Assembly (NCBI GenBank): GCA_044353325.1 | Contig: JBILCF010000001.1 | Span: 5,284 to 69,283 of the forward strand | Source: Chitinophagaceae bacterium | Lineage (GTDB): Bacteria > Bacteroidota > Bacteroidia > Chitinophagales > Chitinophagaceae | DNA length: 64,000 bases | Direction of reading: 5' to 3' | In this document: positions 1 to 9,209 of the stretch, piece by piece | Layout: every line of letters starts with the position of its first letter | How positions within the stretch are numbered: the first letter of the stretch is position 1 | Notes under the pieces: model-generated | The model's input: only the letters and a program-made list of their open reading frames with translations | Told to the model about the DNA's origin: nothing | Database searches by the model: none | Position numbers and translations under genes: made by a program

Positions 1-11
1 AAATCAAGGAA

Positions 12-998
12 TTAACGTAAACATTCTTCAATCAATGCGCCATAAAAATCAACCAAGGTCATACCTGTAGCTCTGACCTGTTGCGGTACGATACTATTTT
101 CACTTTGACCTGGTATGGTATTGATTTCTAAAAAATATAATTTCTGTGTAGATTCTTCCAAAATAAAATCGATACGACAGATGCCTTTACAGTTTAAAAT
201 GTCATATATCTTTTTTGCAGTTGACGCAATATGGTCTGCAATTGAAGGTTCCAATTCAGCCGGTGTCACTTCATTCGTCATGCCTGTGGTGTATTTGGCT
301 TCATAATCAAAGAACTCTTTCGAACTGATAATTTCAGTAACCGGTAAAGCATGCAATACACCTTTAGTGCGGTATACACCTATACTAAACTCTCTACCTT
401 TGACAAACTCTTCGGCCATAGCTTGCGATTCTATTGCGTATACGGCATCCAAAGCGGGTTGTAAGTCGCCTATCGTTTTAACTTTCGTAGTGGCTAAGCT
501 CGAGCCTCCTTCGGGTGGTTTGACAAATACGGGCAAAGTAACATGTTGCAAAATTTCTTCCGGTGTAATTGGTCTGTCCTTAATGAGGTGAATCGATTTG
601 GACACATTCACGACACCACTATGTGCCACGACTCTATTGCAGTATATTTTGTTGAACGTCAACCCAGCTACAATAGCTCCACACGAAGTAAATGGAATGC
701 CTAACATTTCCAAGTAACCTTGCATTTTGCCGTCTTCACCAGGTGTACCATGTATGGCTATAAATATAGCATCAAACGTAATATGTTGACCACCAATCGT
801 CAAAGAAAAATCGGAACGATTGACTTCGACTGCCTCACCTTCAGCTGTAGTATGTTGCCAATGGTTTCGATCTACGATTATTTTATACACATTGTATTGA
901 TTGGCATCAATATTTTGTTCTATGGTTACAGCTGTTTTGATTGAGATTGCATACTCACCAGAATAACCTCCTGCTAATAAAGCTATATTTTTTTTCAT
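12..998 (-). CDS. ddl: D-alanine--D-alanine ligase
   Basis: 328-aa ORF. N-terminus MKKNIALLAGGYSGEY and an ATP-grasp C-terminal half (LYFLEINTIPG) are typical of Ddl. ATG at 996-998. Confidence 0.9.
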   Translation of the reverse strand: MKKNIALLAGGYSGEYAISIKTAVTIEQNIDANQYNVYKIIVDRNHWQHTTAEGEAVEVNRSDFSLTIGGQHITFDAIFIAIHGTPGEDGKMQGYLEMLGIPFTSCGAIVAGLTFNKIYCNRVVAHSGVVNVSKSIHLIKDRPITPEEILQHVTLPVFVKPPEGGSSLATTKVKTIGDLQPALDAVYAIESQAMAEEFVKGREFSIGVYRTKGVLHALPVTEIISSKEFFDYEAKYTTGMTNEVTPAELEPSIADHIASTAKKIYDILNCKGICRIDFILEESTQKLYFLEINTIPGQSENSIVPQQVRATGMTLVDFYGALIEECLR

Positions 999-1686
999 GC
1001 TTCAAATTGTGGCAACAAAACTACAATTATAATTTACCCAAAAAAGATAAATATTTGGTAAGAAGGGATAGAAAAAAATTCTTGCTTACAACATTTTTAA
1101 GCAGCTGTTTTGGGAGTCGTTCCTGCTATCAATTCCAATCTTATTCTCACGTCCTAAAAATCAAGAACACAAAAAAGTGTAATTTTTTGAATTCTATTCC
1201 ACTTTGAATATTCAGTTTAGTTAAACTTTTGGCACAAATGCAAAAAATATTTTGACATTAATCAAAAAAGTTACATTCAAAAAATTGTGTATTTATTATT
1301 TTTAATTAGTCATATAATGAAACTAAAAAAATTGATACAATTGATGCAATACATTTATTAAAAGTTAATATCATTTAGTATATTTAAAATTAATATATAT
1401 AGCTATTTTTCTTAATAAATATGGAACAAAAATATTTGTTTATTGTAAAATGAAAACTTTAAATTCGTTATTGAAAACAAATAGTTGTAGGAGATTTATT
1501 GAGAAGATTAACATTATTTAGCATCAAAACGTATATAAGAATAGCGTACATAATAGCAGAATAAATGGATCAGAAAATGTTGGAAACAACATATATCGTT
1601 AAAGAATCTATATTGCAATGGTTGAATAATATCTGACGACTTTCCAGTTCTGAAATGAGCAAAATAGTCAAGGTAAGACGTAGACA

Positions 1687-1727
1687 TTTGTCAAACTATG
1701 AGAGAGCCTAAAGCTACTTTTGACAAA
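1687..1727 (+). promoter_or_regulatory. candidate promoter/operator of the lipoprotein cassette
   Basis: TACTTTTG (1715-1722) is a -7-type box 23 nt before the ATG. It is embedded in two copies of the near-palindrome TTTG(T/A)CAAA (1687-1695 and 1719-1727). Confidence 0.3.
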
Positions 1728-1745
1728 ACATAAATAACATCTACA

Positions 1746-2633
1746 ATGAAAAAATTAATTTTAGCGATTATAACGCTATCATTCATCGGAGTATCATGCT
1801 CCAAACAACAAGAGCTAGTTACATCACCAATTACAAAAACAACACCAGTCAAAAAAACAAGAACATTGACTGGAGGTAATGGGAACGGAACGGAGTTTAA
1901 TCGTGAATATGAAGTAATTGAACGAAATGGAACCATTAAATGTATAGAGCCAGGTGATGACTGTAGAGTAGGTAGTGTATCTGCAAGTCAGGCATCACAA
2001 ATTGATATTTTCAGAAACTATCTTAAAAATGGAACAATTACGACTTACTTCCAAACGGGAAATTGGCAGATTTTATTTCCAAATTTAGTAAATGAAAGTA
2101 AAATTTTGGAAGGCTTAAGAAATGGCAGTTTGCATATGTTTGAAAAACCAAACTTTACAGACAATGTATGTTTCGTATTAACAAATTCTTCAACATACAA
2201 TCCAACTTCAATTATTAAAGTATGGAACTACACTAATAATAATACAACATTACATATGATGTTGAGTAACTACTTTAAAGATACAAGAGAGCAAAAAATT
2301 CTTGATCCAGGAGATAAAGTTGACTGTACAAAACAAGGAGACAATTGCGATGTTGGTGAAAAAACAGATGCTTTAGAATCTCAACAATTGAATCTTTTGG
2401 ATAATTATATATTAAGCGATAATGTAAGGGGGTATTTTAATAATGAAAGATGGACTATTCTATTTCCATTGATAGACAACGAAACATTAGTAAAAATTAA
2501 AAATGGCAATCTGCACATATATAAAATTAACTATGTAACCAATGATGCAAGAAGTTATATTTTAACTTCAGCGCAAAGCAATAACAGCTTAAATAATGTT
2601 AATACTTTACATTCATGGGTATTTCCAAATTAA
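1746..2633 (+). CDS. hypothetical lipoprotein with internal tandem domain duplication
   Basis: 295 aa. Lipoprotein-type signal MKKLILAIITLSFIGVSC. Two ~95-aa repeats each start with C-x3-GD-x-C-x-VG. No family recognised. Confidence 0.6.
   Translation: MKKLILAIITLSFIGVSCSKQQELVTSPITKTTPVKKTRTLTGGNGNGTEFNREYEVIERNGTIKCIEPGDDCRVGSVSASQASQIDIFRNYLKNGTITTYFQTGNWQILFPNLVNESKILEGLRNGSLHMFEKPNFTDNVCFVLTNSSTYNPTSIIKVWNYTNNNTTLHMMLSNYFKDTREQKILDPGDKVDCTKQGDNCDVGEKTDALESQQLNLLDNYILSDNVRGYFNNERWTILFPLIDNETLVKIKNGNLHIYKINYVTNDARSYILTSAQSNNSLNNVNTLHSWVFPN
1941..2618 (+). repeat. internal duplication (two ~95-aa modules) in the first orphan lipoprotein
   Basis: Residues 66-160 and 194-291 align: C-x3-GD-x-C-x-VG ... 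NY ... YF ... W-x-ILFP ... NE ... NG-x-LH ... LT-x-S ... W. Confidence 0.75.
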
Positions 2634-3688
2634 CTAAAAAGTCCCCACCAATAATATTGGTGGGGCTTTTTATTATCTTAATACTAAATTCCTGTTCGTC
2701 GACAAATAAAACTAATATCACTATTAGCATGTCAGATAGCATAACAGATTTCAATTTACTATTAGATAATTCCGATATTGAAATAGATGGCGCTCATCCA
2801 ATTAAATTTAATGAAGAAATAAAATATTTAGCCTATTTAAAAAATAGAGACACGATTTCTTTGTATAATGTAACAACAGGTAATAGTTCTGGCAATATTG
2901 GCTTAACAGAAGACGCTGTAGCTATATGTTCAAAATACAATATGATTTTTGTATTTTATGAATACCAAAATTATTATAGCTTAATAACTATAAATGATAC
3001 AAGTTCTGCTAACTATAGCATTATCCTTAAAAATTTACCTCCTACATTTAGTCCCGAACTTTTTATTTCTACAAATAATACATGCAATATACACATTGTT
3101 GATAGCTTACAATTTCTAATACCTTATAAAATTGAAGGTGGCTTTAAGAATATGCTTGACACTTTTGCATACATTAGTTGTAATACTAAGTTTGCAGATA
3201 GTTCATATAGACTTGTCAAATTTGAACATCCCGAGAAATACGATTATTTATACAGACCTGTTACAGATTTTGATTTTAAAAACAATAGCTTCATATTCGG
3301 TTTTCAAAAAAGTAACATAATAAGTGTTGTAGACTTCACAACAAAAAAAAGTAATGAAATAACACTGGATAAATTTACATCAATTGAGTTTCCAAAAGAC
3401 AAAATTCGAAACATATCATACATAAGGCAATATTTAAAACAGAATGATAGACTAGAAAAAATACTTTCTACTCAAAATAATAATCTATTTCTCATTGTTA
3501 AATTGTCAGAATCATCAAAGTCAACATATAAAATTTATCATTGGGATAATGCTCAGAATAAATTAGACCGAACTGAAATTAATTACACGATTTACACATC
3601 ACTTGCATTTATAAAAAATCAAAAACTATATGTACCAAACGAAGATAATAATTACACTATTTTTTCTTACAATAATAGCGTGCAATAA
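2615..3688 (+). CDS. hypothetical lipoprotein
   Basis: 357 aa. Basic n-region plus hydrophobic core and lipobox (KKSPPIILVGLFIILILNSC). ATG overlaps the upstream gene by 19 nt. No family recognised. Confidence 0.55.
   Translation: MGISKLTKKSPPIILVGLFIILILNSCSSTNKTNITISMSDSITDFNLLLDNSDIEIDGAHPIKFNEEIKYLAYLKNRDTISLYNVTTGNSSGNIGLTEDAVAICSKYNMIFVFYEYQNYYSLITINDTSSANYSIILKNLPPTFSPELFISTNNTCNIHIVDSLQFLIPYKIEGGFKNMLDTFAYISCNTKFADSSYRLVKFEHPEKYDYLYRPVTDFDFKNNSFIFGFQKSNIISVVDFTTKKSNEITLDKFTSIEFPKDKIRNISYIRQYLKQNDRLEKILSTQNNNLFLIVKLSESSKSTYKIYHWDNAQNKLDRTEINYTIYTSLAFIKNQKLYVPNEDNNYTIFSYNNSVQ
2643..2671 (+). terminator. rho-independent-type hairpin after the first lipoprotein gene (inside the 5' end of the next ORF)
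   Basis: ccccaccaat / aat / attggtgggg: perfect 10-bp stem, followed by cttttt. Starts 10 nt after the TAA at 2631-2633. Confidence 0.5.
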
Positions 3689-4004
3689 TCAAGCGAATGA
3701 CAAATATAAAATCTTTGTAGAGCAATATAAACTTGAACAGTATGATACCATTTGTGCTATTTCGTGCATTTCATGTGGAGGCTGCATAGAAAAATATGTT
3801 GATAATAGAAAAGATTTAGAAAATACCATTTTCATTTTTGATGATAAATGTAGGAGTAAATTTATTCAAGAAATTAAAACATTAAGACACATTTCAATTA
3901 GTCAAAAAATCTTAGATTCAACTTTTAATGAGTTCGGAAATATCGTAATTCTTGCCAAAAATAAGGGAAGCTATTTATTAATAGAAAAACCAGTTACAGA
4001 GTAA
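3630..4004 (+). CDS. small Cys-rich hypothetical lipoprotein
   Basis: 124 aa. Signal/lipobox LFFLTIIAC. Cys cluster CAISCISCGGC could be a thioredoxin-like CxxC. Overlaps the upstream ORF by 59 nt in another frame. Confidence 0.5.
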   Translation: MYQTKIIITLFFLTIIACNNQANDKYKIFVEQYKLEQYDTICAISCISCGGCIEKYVDNRKDLENTIFIFDDKCRSKFIQEIKTLRHISISQKILDSTFNEFGNIVILAKNKGSYLLIEKPVTE

Positions 4005-4297
4005 AGTATTTGATAAAAAAGCATTTTTCTTATGCTAAATAGGCAAACTGAATCTGGCTTTGTTGGCAAAGAATTTGACCCTATGAAAAAATGCTTACGA
4101 ACTAAAATTATGTTTGTCAAGTTAATTGAATTTGATCATTATATTTTAAGTGTGAAACGAATTTTTAAGGCTGAATTCAATATATTTGAAAAATAATTTC
4201 TTTCTTAAAACTAATCGTTTTGTTGTTCAAAAAGATTAACAATGAGGGAAGGTTGATTTTTTTAATCAATGAGTTTCAATTAGCAAGTCGCTAATAA

Positions 4298-4942
4298 TTA
4301 ATTTAGCCCAATTTTCTTTTTGCAAGATGTACAAAAAAACATTTGCTCTCGATCCACTTGCGCTATAGTACCATTGGCATCATTCATCAAACACGTAGAC
4401 GAATATGTACAATGTGGTAACCCTAAATTATGCCCAATTTCATGGATACAAACTTTTTTTAATCGTTCTAGAAATTTGTTTTTTGATACACCTTTTTTCA
4501 AACGAAATGTAGAGATAACACAAGTACTGCCTGGTCTAAATCCCAAACCAAATATCCCCCATTCAGGAAATTGTTCACTTTTAAAATAGGCTATATCAGA
4601 CTCGGTCAATAACAATATATTTTGCTCCGATTTAAATGCATTTAAAATTTTAGTTGCATCATATCGTGTTTTACTTTTTGCCAATAATTCTGGAGATAAT
4701 GGAACCTCATCTTTGATTTCACAATTATAATTATAAAAGGCTTTAATGCTAGCCTTGACATAAATCACAATGTTTGTATCTACCTTTCCCAATGGTATAA
4801 TTTGTACAGTAGTTATTTCATGGTCTGACTTTTGATGTAAAATTGTTTTACCATTTTTAGAATTACTTTTTCTATCACAACTGTAAAATATAAATGTCAA
4901 AACAACTAAAAAACTGTATTGAATTATAATGGACCTTTTCAT
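4298..4942 (-). CDS. archaemetzincin-like zinc metallopeptidase (M54-like) with lipoprotein signal
   Basis: 214 aa. HEIGHNLGLPHC-x5-CLM-x17-CTSC closely matches the archaemetzincin signature HExxHxxGx3Cx4CxMx17CxxC. N-terminal signal ends in FYSC. Confidence 0.75.
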   Translation of the reverse strand: MKRSIIIQYSFLVVLTFIFYSCDRKSNSKNGKTILHQKSDHEITTVQIIPLGKVDTNIVIYVKASIKAFYNYNCEIKDEVPLSPELLAKSKTRYDATKILNAFKSEQNILLLTESDIAYFKSEQFPEWGIFGLGFRPGSTCVISTFRLKKGVSKNKFLERLKKVCIHEIGHNLGLPHCTYSSTCLMNDANGTIAQVDREQMFFCTSCKKKIGLN

Positions 4943-4954
4943 TTATTCTTTAAA

Positions 4955-5935
4955 TTATCCACCAATTGAAATCATACTTCTATTCTCCAACATCGACGAA
5001 TCGAGCTTTGTATAATCGGCCAACAATTGTCCGCCAAGCGATGCCGCTTTGCGTCCTAGGTTGTCAGCAATAAGTGTTGTTATATCTTGTTTTTCGCGGA
5101 GCGGTGTAAGCAAATCCGTTTCGAAATTTGAAAACAAACAATTCTTCATTTTGCCATCGGCTGTCAATCGCAATCTATTGCAGGTCGAACAGAAAGGATG
5201 CGTCATTGTACTGATAACTGCAAATGTCCCTACGTGGTCTTCACATTGATATTTTTTGGTGGTATCGTTGTACTCATCTTGTAGTTTGACAAACGAATAT
5301 TTTTGCTCTATCGTTTGCAATATTTGCTGATAAGTAATTACCTTTTCTTGATGCCATTGATTTTCATTAAAGGGCATAAATTCTATGAAGCGAACATGCA
5401 CTGGAACATGTTTTGTCCATGCCACAAAATCGTTGATTTCATCGTCATTGATACCAGCCATAGCTACCACATTGACTTTGACATGAAAATGATGTTGCAG
5501 CAAAAGGTCAATATTTTGTTTGACTAGATGAAATTGATCTCGTTTGGTTAAGCGAAAAAATTTAGCTTCCTGCAAGGTATCCAAACTTACATTGATAGAG
5601 CTTATACCTGCTTCTTGCAAAGCATCAATATACTTGTGTATCAATACGCCATTGGTCGTCATAGTCAGTTTAACGTTCAATTGGGCTAAGCCAAGTATTA
5701 TATCTCTCACATCTTTGCGCACCAAAGGTTCTCCTCCGGTTAGTCTAATTTTGGTGACGCCTAACCCTACAAATAATTTTGCTAAATCAAGTATTTCATC
5801 CTTGTGCATCAGTTTGCTTTGAGGCGTTACATCGACATCTTCATTGGGCATGCAATAAAAACACCTAAAATTACACGCATCGGTCAATGAAATGCGCAAG
5901 TAATTATGTATCCGATGATGTTGATCGACTAGCAT
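4955..5935 (-). CDS. moaA: GTP 3',8-cyclase (molybdenum cofactor biosynthesis, radical SAM)
   Basis: 326 aa. Radical-SAM CNFRCFYC near the N-terminus, C-terminal CSTCNRLRLTADG cluster, terminal GG. All are typical of MoaA. Confidence 0.9.
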   Translation of the reverse strand: MLVDQHHRIHNYLRISLTDACNFRCFYCMPNEDVDVTPQSKLMHKDEILDLAKLFVGLGVTKIRLTGGEPLVRKDVRDIILGLAQLNVKLTMTTNGVLIHKYIDALQEAGISSINVSLDTLQEAKFFRLTKRDQFHLVKQNIDLLLQHHFHVKVNVVAMAGINDDEINDFVAWTKHVPVHVRFIEFMPFNENQWHQEKVITYQQILQTIEQKYSFVKLQDEYNDTTKKYQCEDHVGTFAVISTMTHPFCSTCNRLRLTADGKMKNCLFSNFETDLLTPLREKQDITTLIADNLGRKAASLGGQLLADYTKLDSSMLENRSMISIGG

Positions 5936-6059
5936 GAAGGGTAAAGATACTAAAGTAAAAGAGTTCGACGAGTTTCAACCCTTTTTTTGTTGATGAAATG
6001 TTTAAGTTTTGTCAAAATTGCGTTTTAGCTCATATACTTCTTATCATTGCACAACGAAG

Positions 6060-7487
6060 ATGTTTAAACAAAACCCATACGCTTTATTTTCTGTGGTCAT
6101 GTACCTTTTGGTCATGTCGTGTGCTAACATTATGGCACCTACCGGCGGTCCTCGTGATGAAAAAGCGCCCGAAATCAAAAAACAATCCTTAAACGATTCG
6201 AGTTTAAACTTCAAGGGCGGCAAAATTGATATTGAATTCAACGAATTTGTGAAACTTCAAGACATCCAAAATCAACTCAATATTACACCTTTTACGAAAG
6301 CCATGCCGAAAGTAACGGTACGTAAACGCCGAGTTACGATTCATCTTCACGATAGTATGCTCATGCCCAATACCACTTACCGCATGACCATGGGCAATGC
6401 CATCCAGGACATTCATGAAGGCAATAGTTATAAAGATTTAGACTTTACATTTTCTACAGGACCTTATTTTGATTCATTGACTTTGCAAGGTATTTGCATT
6501 GATGCTTCAACGGGTATGCCAGACACATCAGCTTATATATTACTTTATCCTGCCGATGCGCCTGATTCTGCCTTTATGAAACAAAAACCTTTGTATGCTC
6601 AAAAAACAGTTCAAGGTGCATTTCGAATAGAGCATTTACCAAATAGAGATTTTAGAATTTTTGCTTTACAGGACAATCCGCGCAATTATATGTACGATGC
6701 CAAAGGTGAACATATTGCATTTTATAATTCACCGGTTAATCCTTCAGACACTTCATTGTATGTTCAATTGTATAGTTTTGTAGAAACCGATTCTAAAGAT
6801 ACTGCTTCAAGAAAAAAAATGAAAACTATAGGTACAAGTCAAACTACCAAACCTGAAACGAAAATATCGTATACGGTCAATGTCGATACAAGTTCGAAAA
6901 CTAAACGAAGTATGGACATTAGCCAAGCATTAAAAATAAATTGTACCAACAAACTCAAAGATTTAGACCAAGCCAAAATACGCCTGTTTCAAGATGACAT
7001 TTTTGATGCCAATGCTACTATAACAATCGACACATCTGGAAAAGCTATATTGCTTCAAACCGAATGGATACAAGATGCGCTATATACCCTCAAACTCTTG
7101 AAAGGTTTTGCTAAAGATTCTGCTAATATGCAAACAGAAGCAGGAGAATTTAGTTTTAGAACCAAAAAGCAAAGCGACTATGGCTATATCACTGTTTTAT
7201 GTGAAAAGGCAGAAACTGATATGATAGAACTTTTGAAGGGTGGCAAAGTCATAGCACAAAAACGGGCTTCTGATACATCAGTCGCATTTAATCTTTTGCT
7301 ACCCGACACCTATCAATTGCGCATTTTGCACGATAAAAACAACAATGGCAAATGGGATACTGGGCAGTTTTTCGGCGAAAAAAAACAACCTGAATTGACT
7401 GATTTTTGGCCCAATGAAATTACAATCAAAGCCAATTGGGAAAATAAAGTTGAACTTCGCTCCCGAAAAAAAGGCAAACTCAAGTAA
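6060..7487 (+). CDS. Ig-like (SbsA-type) domain lipoprotein
   Basis: The ORF-track start at 6009 is TTG; ATG at 6060 gives MFKQNPYALFSVVMYLLVMSC. APTGGPRDEKAP, then FNEF...ITP...NTTYRMTMGNAIQDIHEGN, resembles Bacteroidota Ig-like-domain lipoproteins. Confidence 0.6.
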   Translation: MFKQNPYALFSVVMYLLVMSCANIMAPTGGPRDEKAPEIKKQSLNDSSLNFKGGKIDIEFNEFVKLQDIQNQLNITPFTKAMPKVTVRKRRVTIHLHDSMLMPNTTYRMTMGNAIQDIHEGNSYKDLDFTFSTGPYFDSLTLQGICIDASTGMPDTSAYILLYPADAPDSAFMKQKPLYAQKTVQGAFRIEHLPNRDFRIFALQDNPRNYMYDAKGEHIAFYNSPVNPSDTSLYVQLYSFVETDSKDTASRKKMKTIGTSQTTKPETKISYTVNVDTSSKTKRSMDISQALKINCTNKLKDLDQAKIRLFQDDIFDANATITIDTSGKAILLQTEWIQDALYTLKLLKGFAKDSANMQTEAGEFSFRTKKQSDYGYITVLCEKAETDMIELLKGGKVIAQKRASDTSVAFNLLLPDTYQLRILHDKNNNGKWDTGQFFGEKKQPELTDFWPNEITIKANWENKVELRSRKKGKLK

Positions 7488-7651
7488 TGCCGATTATGCT
7501 TTCAATATAGTCCACTTATCGTTTCACTCAAATGTACTATTTTCAAGCTATATCGGCATTACCATTGTAAAATTATAAAGGAGTGCCTGTTCCGAATACT
7601 CGGAAGACTAATTTATAATTACAATTGGTATAAGTTTTTTATCTTCATGGC

Positions 7652-8338
7652 ATGAAATCGATGTTATTTATCCATGGTGCATTAGGCAGTGCAAAGCAAT
7701 TTAATCCACTCATTTCTCTTTTATCGAATGAACTAGATTGTCATGCCATTGACTTACCGCAACATGGGTTGAATACCGCTACGGTTGTACCAACCATGCT
7801 AAACTATGTGGACTATTGTATTGATTATATCGAACAACATTTCTCAACGCCCATTCCAATATTTAGATATAGTATGGGCGGTTATATTGCTTTACTCATT
7901 GGACACAAACGTCCTGATTTAGTGCAACAAATAGCGACATTGGCTACCAAATTTGAGTGGGAACCTGAATCTACTCAGAAGCAGTTGGACAAGTTGGATG
8001 CATCTATCATGGCTGCCAAAATACCAGCTTATACTGCTTATTTAGATTCCCTTCATACGTCCACTCCTTGGCAAACTGTCGTTGAAAATACACATAAAGT
8101 CATAACAGATTTAGGTAAAAATCCTCCAATTTCAAACCAACTTTTGAGTGAACTCCAAATGCCTTGTCGCTTAGGTGTTGGCGATCACGATGTGATGGTT
8201 TCAGTAAACGAAACTTACGAACGGTATCGTCAAATCAAACAAGGCAGTTTCTATGTTTTGCCAAATACAATACACCCACTAGAACATGTGTCACCAGAAC
8301 TCTTAGCACATCAAATCAAGCATTTTATTACGAATTAA
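7652..8338 (+). CDS. alpha/beta hydrolase fold protein
   Basis: 228 aa. FIHGALGS oxyanion region, nucleophile elbow YSMGG, C-terminal His region. Confidence 0.7.
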   Translation: MKSMLFIHGALGSAKQFNPLISLLSNELDCHAIDLPQHGLNTATVVPTMLNYVDYCIDYIEQHFSTPIPIFRYSMGGYIALLIGHKRPDLVQQIATLATKFEWEPESTQKQLDKLDASIMAAKIPAYTAYLDSLHTSTPWQTVVENTHKVITDLGKNPPISNQLLSELQMPCRLGVGDHDVMVSVNETYERYRQIKQGSFYVLPNTIHPLEHVSPELLAHQIKHFITN

Positions 8339-9194
8339 AAAATTCTTGCTCTCTACGCAAATTTTCTTTTTGAACTCGTCCACTGATGATGATACTAATT
8401 TCGAATAAAATAAACAATGGAAACGATACGATAGCCTGACTCATCCAATCGGGCGAAGGTGTTATAATAGCTGATATCAACAAGATCGCTACATAAGCAT
8501 ATTTACGATAGGTACGCAAAAATTGTGGTGTGATTAACCCAATACGACTGAGAACATAAGACACCACAGGAAGCTGAAATGCAATGCCTGTACCTACGAT
8601 AATATTGACCATATTTTCAATATAATCGTCCAATGTTGGTCTTGTCTCTAATCCTTGGAGTGTACCCAATTTAAAATTGGATAAAAAACTAAATGTAAAA
8701 GGTGCAAGTAAAAAGTACCCAAATGAAACACCAAGTGCAAAGAAAAACGTAACCCAAAAAATAGAACCTCTCGTATTTTTAATTTCACGAAGAGTCAAAG
8801 CGGGTTTTATAAATCGCCAAAATTCCCAAAACACATAAGGAAATGCGGCAATAAATCCTCCAATAAATGAAATCGTGATACTGCTCATAAACTGAGATCC
8901 AAATGCTGTGACTTGCATTTTGACATTGGGTGCAGGCATGCAAAGCGCATCACCTAAATGCATCTTTTGACTTAGTGTACAAAGCGTGGTGTACGTAAAA
9001 AAATCGGGACGCATAGGTCCGTAAATAATGTGATCGAACACCCAATCGATATTGATAAAAATGGCTATTGCGAAAATAAATATAGCTACTACAGAGCGCA
9101 AAATATGCCAACGCAATATCTCTAAATGATCGATAAAACCAAGTTCCTCGCCGCCAGGTAATGCGTTCTGTTTTCTATTGAATGAAAGTGCCAA
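8328..9194 (-). CDS. tatC: twin-arginine translocase subunit TatC
   Basis: 288 aa polytopic membrane protein. N-terminal FIDHLEILRWHILRS motif is typical of TatC. The only in-frame start near the 5' end is TTG (9192-9194). Confidence 0.85.
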   Translation of the reverse strand: MALSFNRKQNALPGGEELGFIDHLEILRWHILRSVVAIFIFAIAIFINIDWVFDHIIYGPMRPDFFTYTTLCTLSQKMHLGDALCMPAPNVKMQVTAFGSQFMSSITISFIGGFIAAFPYVFWEFWRFIKPALTLREIKNTRGSIFWVTFFFALGVSFGYFLLAPFTFSFLSNFKLGTLQGLETRPTLDDYIENMVNIIVGTGIAFQLPVVSYVLSRIGLITPQFLRTYRKYAYVAILLISAIITPSPDWMSQAIVSFPLFILFEISIIISGRVQKENLRREQEFFNS

Positions 9195-9209
9195 AGTGCT
9201 TAATTTCTC

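Noticed and set aside
941-1207. 88-aa plus-strand ORF spanning the ddl start and the AT-rich spacer. Also tiny ORFs at about 1451-1522, 1565-1636 and 1658-1714.
   Set aside because: They are low-complexity, have no signal or motif, and overlap the ddl 5' end or lie in AT-rich DNA where short ORFs arise by chance. Nothing supports them as coding.
3753-3785. C-x3-C-x2-C in the 124-aa lipoprotein, which resembles a radical-SAM cluster motif.
   Set aside because: The protein is far too small, carries a signal peptide and lacks every other radical-SAM element. A thioredoxin-like CxxC or disulfide cluster is more likely.
999-4297. Considered calling the AT-rich region a genomic island or mobile element.
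   Set aside because: No integrase, transposase, tRNA target or flanking direct repeats are visible. Only composition and orphan content support it, so I reported it as a finding and not as a mobile_element feature.
5936-6059. Possible Moco riboswitch upstream of moaA.
   Set aside because: The spacer is too short and AT-rich for the ~130-nt structured Moco element, and no conserved motif is visible.
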